Positions 15,356 to 22,920 of a stretch of DNA of 37,806 nt are shown here, piece after piece (positions within the stretch are counted from its first letter, which is position 1; each line of letters opens with the position of its first letter). Source of the stretch: a virus (Duplodnaviria; Caudoviricetes); the IMG/VR virus record IMGVR_UViG_3300017700_000495, positions 1 through 37,806 of that record; one strand, 5' to 3'. The position numbers were made by a program, and so were the translations under genes. Under the pieces are notes generated by a model that saw nothing but the letters and a program-made list of their open reading frames with translations, had not been told where the DNA came from and did not search any database.

Positions 15356-15820
15356 ATGGTTTCAGAACAAACGCAGTTCGGCTTCAAGTACGGCGCCGCG
15401 TCCGTTGAGCGTCTTTGCTCTGACGAAAAAAAGGGTTGGGTTGCCATTGGTGTAAATGCTGGCAAGAACCGCGTACAGGTGTACGTCACAAAGACCGGGA
15501 AAGTCCGGCTGTACATCAACGGCGCCGAAGCCAAGCCCGCCGCAGAACTTGCCGTCACCCACGCCTCAGCCCTATCCCAGCCAGCCGCAGCGGAGTGGCT
15601 GCCGATTGAGACAGCGCCTAAAACAGAACTGGGGCAAGCGGCTGAAATCATCATCATGGGTTATGCGCCGGACGAAGAGGGTTATTCGCCAACGTCTCGC
15701 GAGGGATTTTGGTCGCCGTCCGATGACGAGTGGCGGTTGTTTGGTGATCCTGGCTGGAAGAACCCGCCGCAACCCACCCACTGGATGCCACTGCCAGCCG
15801 CCCCGAGGGCCACCCCATGA
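15356..15820 (+). CDS. Hypothetical protein with DUF551-like C-terminus
   Basis: AAGGAG SD; WLPIETAPK..PTHWMPLPAAP. Confidence 0.8.
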   Translation: MVSEQTQFGFKYGAASVERLCSDEKKGWVAIGVNAGKNRVQVYVTKTGKVRLYINGAEAKPAAELAVTHASALSQPAAAEWLPIETAPKTELGQAAEIIIMGYAPDEEGYSPTSREGFWSPSDDEWRLFGDPGWKNPPQPTHWMPLPAAPRATP

Positions 15821-16044
15821 CCCGCACAAGCAGCCCGACAGACCGCGAACGTAACGCCCGCGAATACCTCGCCGAGAGAGCAGCAAGGAAGCCGAACCTC
15901 ACTCCCTCCCGCACTTACGGCAATGCAACAACCGAAGGCTACTACACCGGCCCGAACATCGGCACTTCCCGCGATGGCGCTAACGACTTTCAGCTTATCA
16001 ACAGCGCGCCCATGGCGGGGCAGATACGGAGGTCAGCAGCATGA
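15817..16044 (+). CDS. Hypothetical protein
   Basis: ATGA overlaps on both sides. Confidence 0.65.
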   Translation: MTRTSSPTDRERNAREYLAERAARKPNLTPSRTYGNATTEGYYTGPNIGTSRDGANDFQLINSAPMAGQIRRSAA

Positions 16045-16511
16045 GCCCAGTTCTCGACGCCTGCTGCGGTAGCCGCATGTTCTGGTTTGACAAAGCAGAT
16101 CAGCGCGCATTGTTTGGCGACATTCGCAGCGAAGAACACACCCTTTGCGATGGACGCGCCCTGAACATCACGCCGGACGTGCTGATCGACTTCCGCGAAC
16201 TCCCATTCTCCGACGGCAGTTTCAAGCTGGTCGTCTTTGACCCGCCGCACCTGAAAAACGCAGGCCTCAAAAGCTGGCTTGGTTTGAAGTACGGGATTCT
16301 CAGCGCCGATTGGAAAGCAGACATTCGCAAAGGCTTCGCCGAGTGCTTTCGCGTGCTGGAGCCTGAAGGAATCCTGATTTTCAAGTGGAACGAGGACCAA
16401 ATCCGCGTCTCTGAAATCCTGGCGCTGACCGACCAAAATCCGCTGTTTGGGCACAAGTCCGGCAAGCAGATGGGGACGCACTGGATCACCTTTATGAAAG
16501 GCAAATCATGA
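16041..16511 (+). CDS. Small SAM-dependent methyltransferase (putative DNA amino-MTase)
   Basis: VLDACCGSRMFWF SAM motif, VVFDPPH, ECFRVLEPEG. Confidence 0.88.
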   Translation: MSPVLDACCGSRMFWFDKADQRALFGDIRSEEHTLCDGRALNITPDVLIDFRELPFSDGSFKLVVFDPPHLKNAGLKSWLGLKYGILSADWKADIRKGFAECFRVLEPEGILIFKWNEDQIRVSEILALTDQNPLFGHKSGKQMGTHWITFMKGKS

Positions 16512-16786
16512 ACCAGCTCTGCATGACTTTTGTCGAAACCCGCAGCCGCTGCACTGACGGCGATACATCCAGGGAGGCTGCAAAGGCCGCTGTGAGCCGC
16601 AAGGCTGACTACGAGCGCAAGTTGATCCTGTGCGCAGTGATGGACAGTCATAACGGCCTGACGGCCCGGGAAGTGGCCGAGTGGACAGGCATTGACTACA
16701 TCGAAGTCCAGCGCCGCATCAGCGAGTGCGGGCTGAAGAAAACTGACCGGCGCCGGGATGGCTGCTTTGTTTGGATGGCGGTGTAG
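16508..16786 (+). CDS. Winged-helix DNA-binding protein
   Basis: TDGDTSREAA..GLTAREVAEWTGIDYIEVQRRISE. Confidence 0.75.
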   Translation: MNQLCMTFVETRSRCTDGDTSREAAKAAVSRKADYERKLILCAVMDSHNGLTAREVAEWTGIDYIEVQRRISECGLKKTDRRRDGCFVWMAV

Positions 16787-16789
16787 CCC

Positions 16790-17560
16790 ATGGCCGGTGA
16801 CTGGATCAAGATGCGGGCCGATCTGCTGACACATCCGAAAGTTGTCCGCATTGTGTCCGCATTGAAAGCGGACAAGTTGCGCGTGATTGGCGGACTGCAT
16901 GCGGTGTGGTCTTTGTTTGATGCGCACTCGACAGACGGAACGCTTGACGGATACACGTCTGAGGCGCTGGATGACTACATCGGATGGCCAGGGTTTTGTG
17001 CCGCCATGGTGCAGGTCGGCTGGCTTGAGGAAGATGGCGAAAGCCTTACCACGCCTAGGTTTGACGAGCATAACGGGCAGTCTGCCAAGCGACGAGCCAC
17101 TGAAACTCAGCGCAAAAGGATGGCCAGAGAAGCCTCCGAAATGTCCGCACCATCTGCGGACAAAAAGCGGTCCAGAGAAGAGAAGAGAAGAGAAGATATT
17201 AAACCTCCTACGGAGGTTAAGCGCGCCGCCAAAAAGTGTCCGGCTGATTTTGAGATCACGGAAGACCTGAAAACCTGGGCTGCCGAAACCTGCCCCGGCG
17301 TGAGTGTTGACCGCTCGACCGCCAAGTTCCGGGATCACACGTTCAAAACCGCCCGCAGCGACTGGCCGGGAACTTGGCGCAACTGGATTCGCAGCGACTT
17401 TGAAGGCCTCCCCGCCAACAAGGGCTTGCCCGCATGGCGCGAACAGCAGCGCGCCGAAACCCAAAAAGCCGCCCCCAGCATTGCCTTGGGCGCCGCCGAC
17501 CCAAACACATTTTTCGCAAACCTAGGAGCCCAGAATGTCCCTGCCATCGGTCTGGATTGA
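16790..17560 (+). CDS. Replication initiator (O-like)
   Basis: MAGDWIKMRADL..HPKV N-terminus, FDEHNGQSAKRRA, REEKRRE linker, KFRDH..DWPGTWRNWIR C-terminal domain. Confidence 0.85.
   Translation: MAGDWIKMRADLLTHPKVVRIVSALKADKLRVIGGLHAVWSLFDAHSTDGTLDGYTSEALDDYIGWPGFCAAMVQVGWLEEDGESLTTPRFDEHNGQSAKRRATETQRKRMAREASEMSAPSADKKRSREEKRREDIKPPTEVKRAAKKCPADFEITEDLKTWAAETCPGVSVDRSTAKFRDHTFKTARSDWPGTWRNWIRSDFEGLPANKGLPAWREQQRAETQKAAPSIALGAADPNTFFANLGAQNVPAIGLD
16843..17198. repeat. Putative origin iterons inside the initiator gene
   Basis: TGTCCGC(A) at 16843, 16854 and 17142, inverted at 16868 and 17155; followed by an (AGAAG)n purine tract at about 17174-17195. Confidence 0.55.
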
Positions 17561-17888
17561 AGCCATTTTCACCAAGTTGTCTCTGGTCTACGGCCAGCAG
17601 TTCCTGCGCCGCTGGCAGGACATGGACTTGAACGCCGTCAAGGCTGACTGGGCGCACGAGCTACGCGGGCTGGAAGATGCCCCCAAGCGGGTTGAGTACG
17701 CCCTGCAAAACCTCCCGGTTGACCATCCGCCGACCGTACTGGAATTCCGCGCCATCGCCTACAAGGCCCCGGTGCAGGAGGACACGCTGCTGGAGCTGAA
17801 ACAGCACAAAGGCGTGCCGATGCCTCCGGAGATTCGCAAGGAAATTGAACGGCTGCGCGGCAAGACGTTTGGCGCGGAGGCAGCATGA
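17535..17888 (+). CDS. Replication protein P-like / helicase loader
   Basis: Follows the initiator; IFTKLSLVYGQQF..WAHEL..PPTVLEFRAI. Confidence 0.7.
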   Translation: MSLPSVWIEAIFTKLSLVYGQQFLRRWQDMDLNAVKADWAHELRGLEDAPKRVEYALQNLPVDHPPTVLEFRAIAYKAPVQEDTLLELKQHKGVPMPPEIRKEIERLRGKTFGAEAA

Positions 17889-18016
17889 GAAACCACTACA
17901 ACCACGAAGAACTTGAAGCCTCCCGCATCCTGGATCTGGCGCGGGCTGGTGGGGATGTGCCTGGAAGCGTCGTCACATGGGCGCTGTGGGTTTTGGGCGA
18001 TCTGGTGGGCCTATGA
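17885..18016 (+). CDS. Hypothetical 43-aa protein (ASRILDLARAG..WALWVLGDL)
   Basis: Read manually; GGAGG SD and ATGA overlaps. Confidence 0.65.
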   Translation: MRNHYNHEELEASRILDLARAGGDVPGSVVTWALWVLGDLVGL

Positions 18017-18177
18017 CCTGCGCAACCTGCCAAAACATACGCAAGCACCAGAGCGCGAGCCAGTTCATGTACCGCGCATCCCAAGGCTTCTGCGGCTGCG
18101 CGCTTCAGCCTGCCTACGTTTACATGGCGCGGCTTTATGAGCGGCAGTGCGCGGATTACGTGAAGGTGGCGGGATGA
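18013..18177 (+). CDS. Small Cys-rich protein
   Basis: MTCATCQN..; ATGA overlaps. Confidence 0.55.
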   Translation: MTCATCQNIRKHQSASQFMYRASQGFCGCALQPAYVYMARLYERQCADYVKVAG

Positions 18178-18932
18178 TCGAGCGCACCCAAATATGGTCA
18201 TCTGGTGGCGGCACGCAGTCAGCCGCAATTGCCGCGCTGATTGTCCAGGGCCACCTTCGCCCTGATTTAGCAATCATCGTTGACACCGAGCGTGAGCAAT
18301 CCACTACTTGGAAATACATGGATGAGGTAATTAGTCCGGCTTTGGCAACGGTTGGCATGACCCTGCATCGTGTTAAGAAAAGCGAGTTTGCAACGGTAGA
18401 CCTTTACGGAGGCAAGGACAAAACCGACTTGCTGCTTCCTGTTTTTACGAATCAAAGCGGGGATGTCGGAAAGATGCCGACTTTCTGCTCAAACGAGTGG
18501 AAAACCCGCGTTATGCGTCGGTGGGCTACACAACAGGGCGTTACGAAGGCGAACGTTTGGATCGGATTCAGCACCGACGAAATGCACCGATGCAAGCCAG
18601 CCACTAGCGATAAGTGGCGAGACCGCTACGTTCTTTTGGAGAGAAAACTAAACCGCCGAGAGTGTGAGCAGCTAGTCGCACAAATGGGCTGGCCGAAGCC
18701 GCCGCGCTCTTCTTGCTGGAACTGCCCAAATCACACGCAGGATGAGTGGATTGATATCCGAGACAACAAGCCAGCGGACTGGCGCAAAGCCGTTGCTTTT
18801 GATAAGAAGATACGCGAACGCGATCCGCACGCCTTTCTGCACGCCGATTGTGTACCACTGGACGAGGCTGATTTAAGCGAGGCCAACGGCGTTCTTTTCA
18901 ATCATTGCGAGACAGGGATGTGTTTCGTATGA
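18174..18932 (+). CDS. PAPS-reductase-like (PP-loop) protein
   Basis: SSGGGTQS PP-loop, IIVDTERE, CSNEWK, WIGFSTDE, PPRSSCWNCP, C-terminal CETGMCFV. Confidence 0.8.
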   Translation: MIERTQIWSSGGGTQSAAIAALIVQGHLRPDLAIIVDTEREQSTTWKYMDEVISPALATVGMTLHRVKKSEFATVDLYGGKDKTDLLLPVFTNQSGDVGKMPTFCSNEWKTRVMRRWATQQGVTKANVWIGFSTDEMHRCKPATSDKWRDRYVLLERKLNRRECEQLVAQMGWPKPPRSSCWNCPNHTQDEWIDIRDNKPADWRKAVAFDKKIRERDPHAFLHADCVPLDEADLSEANGVLFNHCETGMCFV

Positions 18933-19120
18933 GTACACGCAACATCATCGATGAGGACGCCTGCGCGACCTGCAATAACTGCTCGCTGCTGAAGCCGCCA
19001 CCGCCTGGACGGCTCGCAATTTGGGAATTGCCGGCGATCTGCGCTGCTAGCTGGCCTTACACATTGCGCTTCCACAACGTTATTAGCACTTGCCCGCAAT
19101 ATTGGGAGAAAAAGGCGTGA
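18929..19120 (+). CDS. Small Cys-rich protein
   Basis: CATCNNC..C..C; overlap-coupled. Confidence 0.55.
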   Translation: MSTRNIIDEDACATCNNCSLLKPPPPGRLAIWELPAICAASWPYTLRFHNVISTCPQYWEKKA

Positions 19121-19695
19121 TCACCAAAGCCCCCAAGCCCCGCAAGTGCAAGGTGTGCCCAAGCCTGTTCACTCCGAAGCTGCCGATGCAGAAGGTGTGC
19201 GGGCCGATGTGTGCGCTGACGTTTGCCCGGTCGGTGAAGGGAAAGGCCGCCAAGGTCCGCCAGGTAAAGGAGAGGCGCGAGACAAAGGCGGCGCTGGACG
19301 CAATCCGCACCAAGCCGCAATTGGTGGCTCTGGCGCAAAAGGCCTTCAATGGATTCGTGAGGGCCAGAGACGCAGGGAAGCCGTGCATCAGTTGCGCCCA
19401 GCCGCTCCCCCCTACAGCGGTCGGCGGTGCCTTCGACTGTGGGCATTACAGGTCGGTCGGCTCTGCCGTTCACATGCGGTTTGTGGAAGACAACGCCCAC
19501 GGGCAATGCAAGCACTGCAACCGCCACCTTGCCGGAAACCATGTTGCCTACCGCGCCGGCCTGATTGCCCGGATTGGTTCGCAGCGCGTCGAGCAGATCG
19601 AGTGCGACCAGACCCTGCGCAAGTACAGCAAAGAGGGGCTGATCGAGATTGCGCGGCATTACCGGGAAGAGGAACGAAAGCTGAGGGCGGCATGA
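19117..19695 (+). CDS. ninG: NinG/Rap recombination endonuclease
   Basis: CKVC..QKVCGPMCA, AFNGFVRARD, PCISC, DCGHYRSVG, NAHGQCKHCN. Confidence 0.93.
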   Translation: MITKAPKPRKCKVCPSLFTPKLPMQKVCGPMCALTFARSVKGKAAKVRQVKERRETKAALDAIRTKPQLVALAQKAFNGFVRARDAGKPCISCAQPLPPTAVGGAFDCGHYRSVGSAVHMRFVEDNAHGQCKHCNRHLAGNHVAYRAGLIARIGSQRVEQIECDQTLRKYSKEGLIEIARHYREEERKLRAA

Positions 19696-19925
19696 AAACC
19701 TACCGGGTTGAAACCATAAGCGACATTTTCTCCATCCCCAGTGAGCGTCGGCAGGCCTTTTTCAAGGAACTGGAGATGACTTGCGCTCTACATGAGCTGG
19801 CTTTTGGAGATGCAATTCCTGCGCCAATGAACGCGATTGTCTGGACAGACGATGGAAACCCGTCAATCAGCTTTTGCGAACAAGGCGGAGAACACCTGTT
19901 CACACTGGAGGTCACCAAAGCATGA
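19692..19925 (+). CDS. Hypothetical protein
   Basis: ATGA overlaps on both sides. Confidence 0.65.
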   Translation: MKTYRVETISDIFSIPSERRQAFFKELEMTCALHELAFGDAIPAPMNAIVWTDDGNPSISFCEQGGEHLFTLEVTKA

Positions 19926-20326
19926 AACAAACCTTCATCGTAGGCGCGCACCCCCAGTCACGCGCAAGGGCGCTGGATGCCGTCAAAACCGCGCCAGACG
20001 GCTACGCGGTGACGGTGGGCGAGCCAAGCCGCACCCTGGACCAGAACGCTGCCCAGTGGCCGATTTTGCAAGCCTTTGCCGCGCAACTTCAATGGCCCGT
20101 CAACGGCCGCATGGAATGGCTGATTGACGAGGAATGGAAAGACCTGCTGACCGCAGCGTTCAAGCAGGAAACGGCGCGAGTTTCACCCGGGCTGGAGGGT
20201 GGGATGGTTCTGCTGGGCCAGCGGACAAGCAAGTTTGGCAAAAAGCAATTCAGCGACTGGCTGGAGTTTTTGCACGCAACGGCGGCGGCTCGTGGTGTGG
20301 ATTTGAACTACCGGGACGCTGCCTAG
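19922..20326 (+). CDS. ninB: NinB recombination protein
   Basis: RTLDQNA..W, EEWKDLLTA, PGLEGGMVLLGQRTSK. Confidence 0.92.
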   Translation: MKQTFIVGAHPQSRARALDAVKTAPDGYAVTVGEPSRTLDQNAAQWPILQAFAAQLQWPVNGRMEWLIDEEWKDLLTAAFKQETARVSPGLEGGMVLLGQRTSKFGKKQFSDWLEFLHATAAARGVDLNYRDAA

Positions 20327-20381
20327 ATTTTTTATCCCGCCGCTGCCACCGGGTTCTTGTGGAGCTAGATAGGAGAGAGTG

Positions 20382-20522
20382 ATGGACTACGAACAATTGA
20401 AAAAAGCGCTACAGGATTATTTTGGCGACATGTCGCGTACTGCGGCTGAGACCAAAGAGGGTTTGTTGGATATCGCGGCAGAGGCTGAAATGCTCGCCAG
20501 CAGCATACCTGACGACGAGTAA
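20382..20522 (+). CDS. 46-aa acidic protein MDYEQLKKALQDYFGD..IPDDE
   Basis: Read manually; AGGAG SD. Confidence 0.65.
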   Translation: MDYEQLKKALQDYFGDMSRTAAETKEGLLDIAAEAEMLASSIPDDE

Positions 20523-20561
20523 CCCCCGGCACTACGCCTGTTATTAACTTGGGAGAGTGGG

Positions 20562-20777
20562 ATGAGTACTAAGACAGTAACAACGACATACAGCACAAAT
20601 ACGCTGAGCTTGCTTGGCGTTGCGTTCGTGGTGCTGAAGCTGACCGGGCACATTGATTGGTCATGGTGGTGGGTGACTCTACCGTTTTGGGCAGTGTTTG
20701 CCTGTTTCTTAATCGGAATTTTGGTGGGTTTGTTATTTGCCGGGGTGGCGTGGCTAGTGGAGAAAAACAGCCAATGA
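20562..20777 (+). CDS. Small 2-TM membrane protein
   Basis: VLKLTGHIDWSWWWVTLPFW motif typical of a widespread phage membrane family; GGGAG SD. Confidence 0.8.
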   Translation: MSTKTVTTTYSTNTLSLLGVAFVVLKLTGHIDWSWWWVTLPFWAVFACFLIGILVGLLFAGVAWLVEKNSQ

Positions 20778-20844
20778 CACGAGCCGTCCGCACCTGCACG
20801 AGGCAACGAAAAGGACGCGGCCAAATGAAAAAGAAAGGACTGGT

Positions 20845-21261
20845 ATGAGTGATCAAGAATTTATCGAGGGCGTGCAGGGTGTGATTGATTTGCTGGAATC
20901 GGCGGTTACGCCTCATCAACAGCGGATGGCAATAGACCTATCGGTTCTGCGACCGAAGGCGGTCCTATCTCCGGCCATCCAAGGGCGTCGGCTTCCATTC
21001 GATTCCTTTTGCGATGCTGGAGGAAATCCTTTGGTGGGCGGCAGTGTCTATGTTTACAACGAAACGCTAGGCGGCCCGGTGACCACATATACCGGAGCTG
21101 ATCTCCAAATACAGCATACGAACCCAGTGATTCTGAACGCAGAGGGGCGACCTGACAGCAACAACGGAGGCTTGTGGGTTTATAGCGGCCCGACAGTCCG
21201 GGTCGAAGTGTTCGACTGTCAAGGAAATCTTCTGATGACGTTTGGAGGGATTACCCCATGA
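20845..21261 (+). CDS. Protein carrying a stand-alone tail-fibre head-binding-like domain
   Basis: AAAGGA SD. Residues 55-138 align by eye with the N-terminus of tail fibre 35923..37296. Confidence 0.75.
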   Translation: MSDQEFIEGVQGVIDLLESAVTPHQQRMAIDLSVLRPKAVLSPAIQGRRLPFDSFCDAGGNPLVGGSVYVYNETLGGPVTTYTGADLQIQHTNPVILNAEGRPDSNNGGLWVYSGPTVRVEVFDCQGNLLMTFGGITP

Positions 21262-21503
21262 CCGAAACCGAGCGGATGGCGAAAGAGGCGGGGTTGCTGA
21301 CCACGACTATTCACGCCGGAGTGAAAGTCACAAGCACGACCGGCAGCATGGGAGAAATAGGCAAATTCGCCGCCCTGATAGCCGAGGACGCGGCAAAGAT
21401 TTGCGAAGCGCAGCTTGCAGATGGTGAGTGTCCCGAGCGCGCCCAGTACTGTGCTGACGCCATCCGCACCAAATACCAAATGCCACAGGGGCGGCAGGAA
21501 TGA
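21258..21503 (+). CDS. Hypothetical protein
   Basis: GGAGG SD; ERMAKEAG..KFAALIAEDAAKICE..CADAIR pattern. Confidence 0.7.
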   Translation: MTETERMAKEAGLLTTTIHAGVKVTSTTGSMGEIGKFAALIAEDAAKICEAQLADGECPERAQYCADAIRTKYQMPQGRQE

Positions 21504-21781
21504 GGGCAAGCGGCGAAGTTGAACGCAGAGCGGCAATCCGAGCCGCCAGGGTAGAGCGAGACAGGCAGATCGCCGCCCGCGTACAGGCAGGAGAGAAGCG
21601 CTACATGTTGGCAATTGAGTACCACCTAGACCCGCACACGATAGGCGAGATAGCGAAAAGGGCTGGATTGCCGCCCCGCAGCAGATTCAAGCGACAAAAC
21701 CAAAAGGACGAAACATGGCACGCAGACTCAAAATCCTCGAATCACACTCAGACCTCTGCGCCTTGCTCGACCGCTGGGTAA
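21500..21781 (+). CDS. Hypothetical basic, HTH-like protein
   Basis: ATGA overlap; RDRQIAARVQAGE..LAIEYHL. Confidence 0.55.
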   Translation: MRASGEVERRAAIRAARVERDRQIAARVQAGEKRYMLAIEYHLDPHTIGEIAKRAGLPPRSRFKRQNQKDETWHADSKSSNHTQTSAPCSTAG

Positions 21782-22143
21782 TCCACCAGATGAAGTCTGT
21801 AACCGGGGGGCTGGGCTATCCACACAAGAGTTTGGACTTCAGTTACATACAGTCCCCGGCCAGCTCAATCGACCCCACAGGCTACAGTGCAGAGGACCAC
21901 GGCGACACGGATACAGCTTTTGCCAACCTGTGCGACTCGGATCTAAAGCTGGCTGCTGCGATCAAGATGCACTACATGCCGTGGACGATTCCGGCTCTGG
22001 TGCATGAGGGCTACCCAACAGCACCGCTGCAGACCTACTACGACCGATTGGTCCGGGCGCATGTGTGGATGGAAAGCGAGCTGTACCGCGTGCTGGCAGA
22101 ACGTAGGGCCAAGCTGCAAGAAACCCGCAGAAATTATGCTTGA
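21715..22143 (+). CDS. Q-like late antiterminator
   Basis: Last gene before the late promoter and terminator; LLDRW..GLGYP..TYYDRL pattern. Confidence 0.65.
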   Translation: MARRLKILESHSDLCALLDRWVIHQMKSVTGGLGYPHKSLDFSYIQSPASSIDPTGYSAEDHGDTDTAFANLCDSDLKLAAAIKMHYMPWTIPALVHEGYPTAPLQTYYDRLVRAHVWMESELYRVLAERRAKLQETRRNYA

Positions 22144-22199
22144 TGGCCGCAGAAATCCGGGATATTCTCTTAATAAGTGATAGGTTGAAGACCTGTCAC
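22140..22199 (+). promoter_or_regulatory. Late promoter (pR'-like) and leader hairpin
   Basis: TTGATG (22140), 17 nt, TATTCT (22163); hairpin GTGATAGGT-TGAAG-ACCTGTCAC at 22177-22199. Confidence 0.65.
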
Positions 22200-22214
22200 C
22201 GCAGAATAAATTCC

Positions 22215-22247
22215 AAGCCTCGACGCAACAACGCGCCGGGGCTTTTT
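22215..22247 (+). terminator. tR'-like intrinsic terminator
   Basis: AAGCCTCG..CGGGGCTT stem followed by a T-run. Confidence 0.65.
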
Positions 22248-22351
22248 CCATTTGGGCAACACCCACAACCCACCATCTAGGCACCACCGCTCGCAGAGCA
22301 AAGGGCGCCAACTTAGAACGGGTGATTTGCCCAAACCTTTTAGGAGTCAGC

Positions 22352-22492
22352 ATGAAATACCAAGTCCGCTGGAGCAATGGCTTCTGGAAGACATTCGACA
22401 CGTCCCGCTACGAGTCGGTGGCCTGCCACAACAGCCAAGCAGAGGCTGTGCTTGCCGTGAGCAAGGCAAATGGCGGCGGCTCAAGCTGCTGA
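22352..22492 (+). CDS. 46-aa hypothetical protein MKYQVRWSNGFWKTFD..
   Basis: Read manually; AGGAG SD. Confidence 0.65.
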   Translation: MKYQVRWSNGFWKTFDTSRYESVACHNSQAEAVLAVSKANGGGSSC

Positions 22493-22533
22493 TTTAACCA
22501 TCTCTCCCGGTCAGCAAGCAGTTGCCGACCTTC

Positions 22534-22564
22534 GCCCGCCAGTGAAAGCTTGCGGGCTTTTTTT
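22534..22564 (+). terminator. Intrinsic terminator before terS
   Basis: GCCCGC..GCGGGC followed by T7. Confidence 0.7.
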
Positions 22565-22581
22565 AACTAAGCAGGTGAACT

Positions 22582-22920
22582 ATGGCTAAAACCCACTCAC
22601 CCGCTGAGAACAGCAAAAAACTGCCACGGGGCAAGCCGTTCCAGCCGGGTCAAACCGGCAACAAGGGCGGCAGGCCCAAGAAGACGGACGAAGAGCGCAC
22701 CCTTGAGCAGATGTGCAAGGACAAGACCCCAGACGCGCTGGAGACGATCCTGTACATCATGGGTGAGGGCCAACAGGAGCGGGCCAGGCTGGCGGCTGCG
22801 CAGTACGTGATTGATCGCGGCTGGGGCAAGGCCAAGGAAAGCGTGGAGCTGTCCGGAACGCTGAACCTGTCCATTGCCGACCAGATCAAGCAGGCGCATG
22901 AAGCACGACAGCGCCAATGA
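22582..22920 (+). CDS. terS: Terminase small subunit
   Basis: FQPGQTGNKGGRPK..RLAAAQYVIDRGWGK; directly upstream of terL. Confidence 0.8.
   Translation: MAKTHSPAENSKKLPRGKPFQPGQTGNKGGRPKKTDEERTLEQMCKDKTPDALETILYIMGEGQQERARLAAAQYVIDRGWGKAKESVELSGTLNLSIADQIKQAHEARQRQ

Noticed and set aside
17174-17195. (AGAAG)n as a phase-variable repeat
   Set aside because: It encodes the REEKRRE linker usual in phage initiators and fits an origin purine tract.
16100-17464. 454-aa minus-strand ORF, and similar long antisense ORFs at 27493..28569, 32115..32903 and 10225..11115
   Set aside because: Shadow frames opposite well-supported genes in GC-rich DNA, with no motifs or SD.
20450-20462. Second partial guide match, AGACCAAAGAGGG (12 of 13)
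   Set aside because: It covers guide positions 6-18 and misses the 5' seed. Treated as chance, and a caution for the terS match.
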